From NCBI GenBank assembly GCA_964360585.1, contig CAYHXC010000001.1:21907-85906 (forward strand): a DNA stretch of 64,000 nt, read 5' to 3'. Under the pieces are notes generated by a model. The model saw only the letters and a program-made list of their open reading frames with translations. It had not been told where the DNA came from and searched no databases. Position 1 is the stretch's first letter. Each line of letters opens with the position of its first letter. The translations under genes were made by a program, and so were the position numbers. Positions 63,969 to 64,000 of this stretch are shown here, one piece after another. The stretch comes from an uncultured Candidatus Saccharibacteria bacterium (lineage in GTDB: Bacteria; Patescibacteriota; Minisyncoccia; UBA6257; 2-01-FULL-56-20).

Positions 63969-64000
63969 AACCTCTCCTTCCTCATTGTGGAGAGACTCTA

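Noticed and set aside
1-64000. CRISPR array
   Set aside because: No array of regularly spaced direct repeats of 25-40 bp with unique spacers was seen. The repeats present are inverted-repeat MITEs and heptamer arrays.

Overview
This window reads as a Candidate Phyla Radiation / Patescibacteria-like genome. The evidence is small genes, a short RpoA, a short ProRS, a type IV pilus operon with several pilin-like genes, and few Shine-Dalgarno sites. Almost every gene is on the minus strand.

Core content:
- Conserved ribosomal-protein cluster: infA-rpmJ-rpsM-rpsK-rpsD-rpoA-rplQ plus rplM-rpsI.
- Adenylate kinase-like gene, AspRS/AsnRS-type synthetase, ProRS, an ArgRS N-terminal fragment, pgk, ndh, pyrG, and a fused pyrE-pyrF.
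- mreBCD-PBP2, mraY, scpAB, dnaX.
- A pilB-pilC-pilin operon, a LAGLIDADG endonuclease beside tRNA-Gln(CUG), and a GC-rich island with a methylmalonyl-CoA mutase catalytic domain and a rhodanese.

Most notable findings:
1. A bacterial type-A RNase P RNA gene (rnpB) on the minus strand, about 1.04 kb, stretched by three insertions. A GIY-YIG endonuclease ORF sits exactly inside a stem of 14-bp inverted repeats at the P3 position. A deleted copy of the same stem lies between the 3' strands of P2 and P4. An IVS-like stem is related to a nearby cassette that carries a four-helix-bundle (23S IVS-type) gene.
2. A tandemly duplicated module of an ArsR-family regulator plus a large ~590-aa cysteine-rich protein flanked by zinc-ribbon motifs. 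Each arsR is bracketed by a ~22-bp palindrome built on TTCGCGCGAA. One arsR copy is split by an IS200/IS605 insertion. I do not recognise the cysteine-rich family.
3. At least four families of MITE-like inverted-repeat elements. Several place a near-identical ~20-nt leader directly against start codons. TAGGGG/TAGGGT telomere-like heptamer repeats abut four other start codons.
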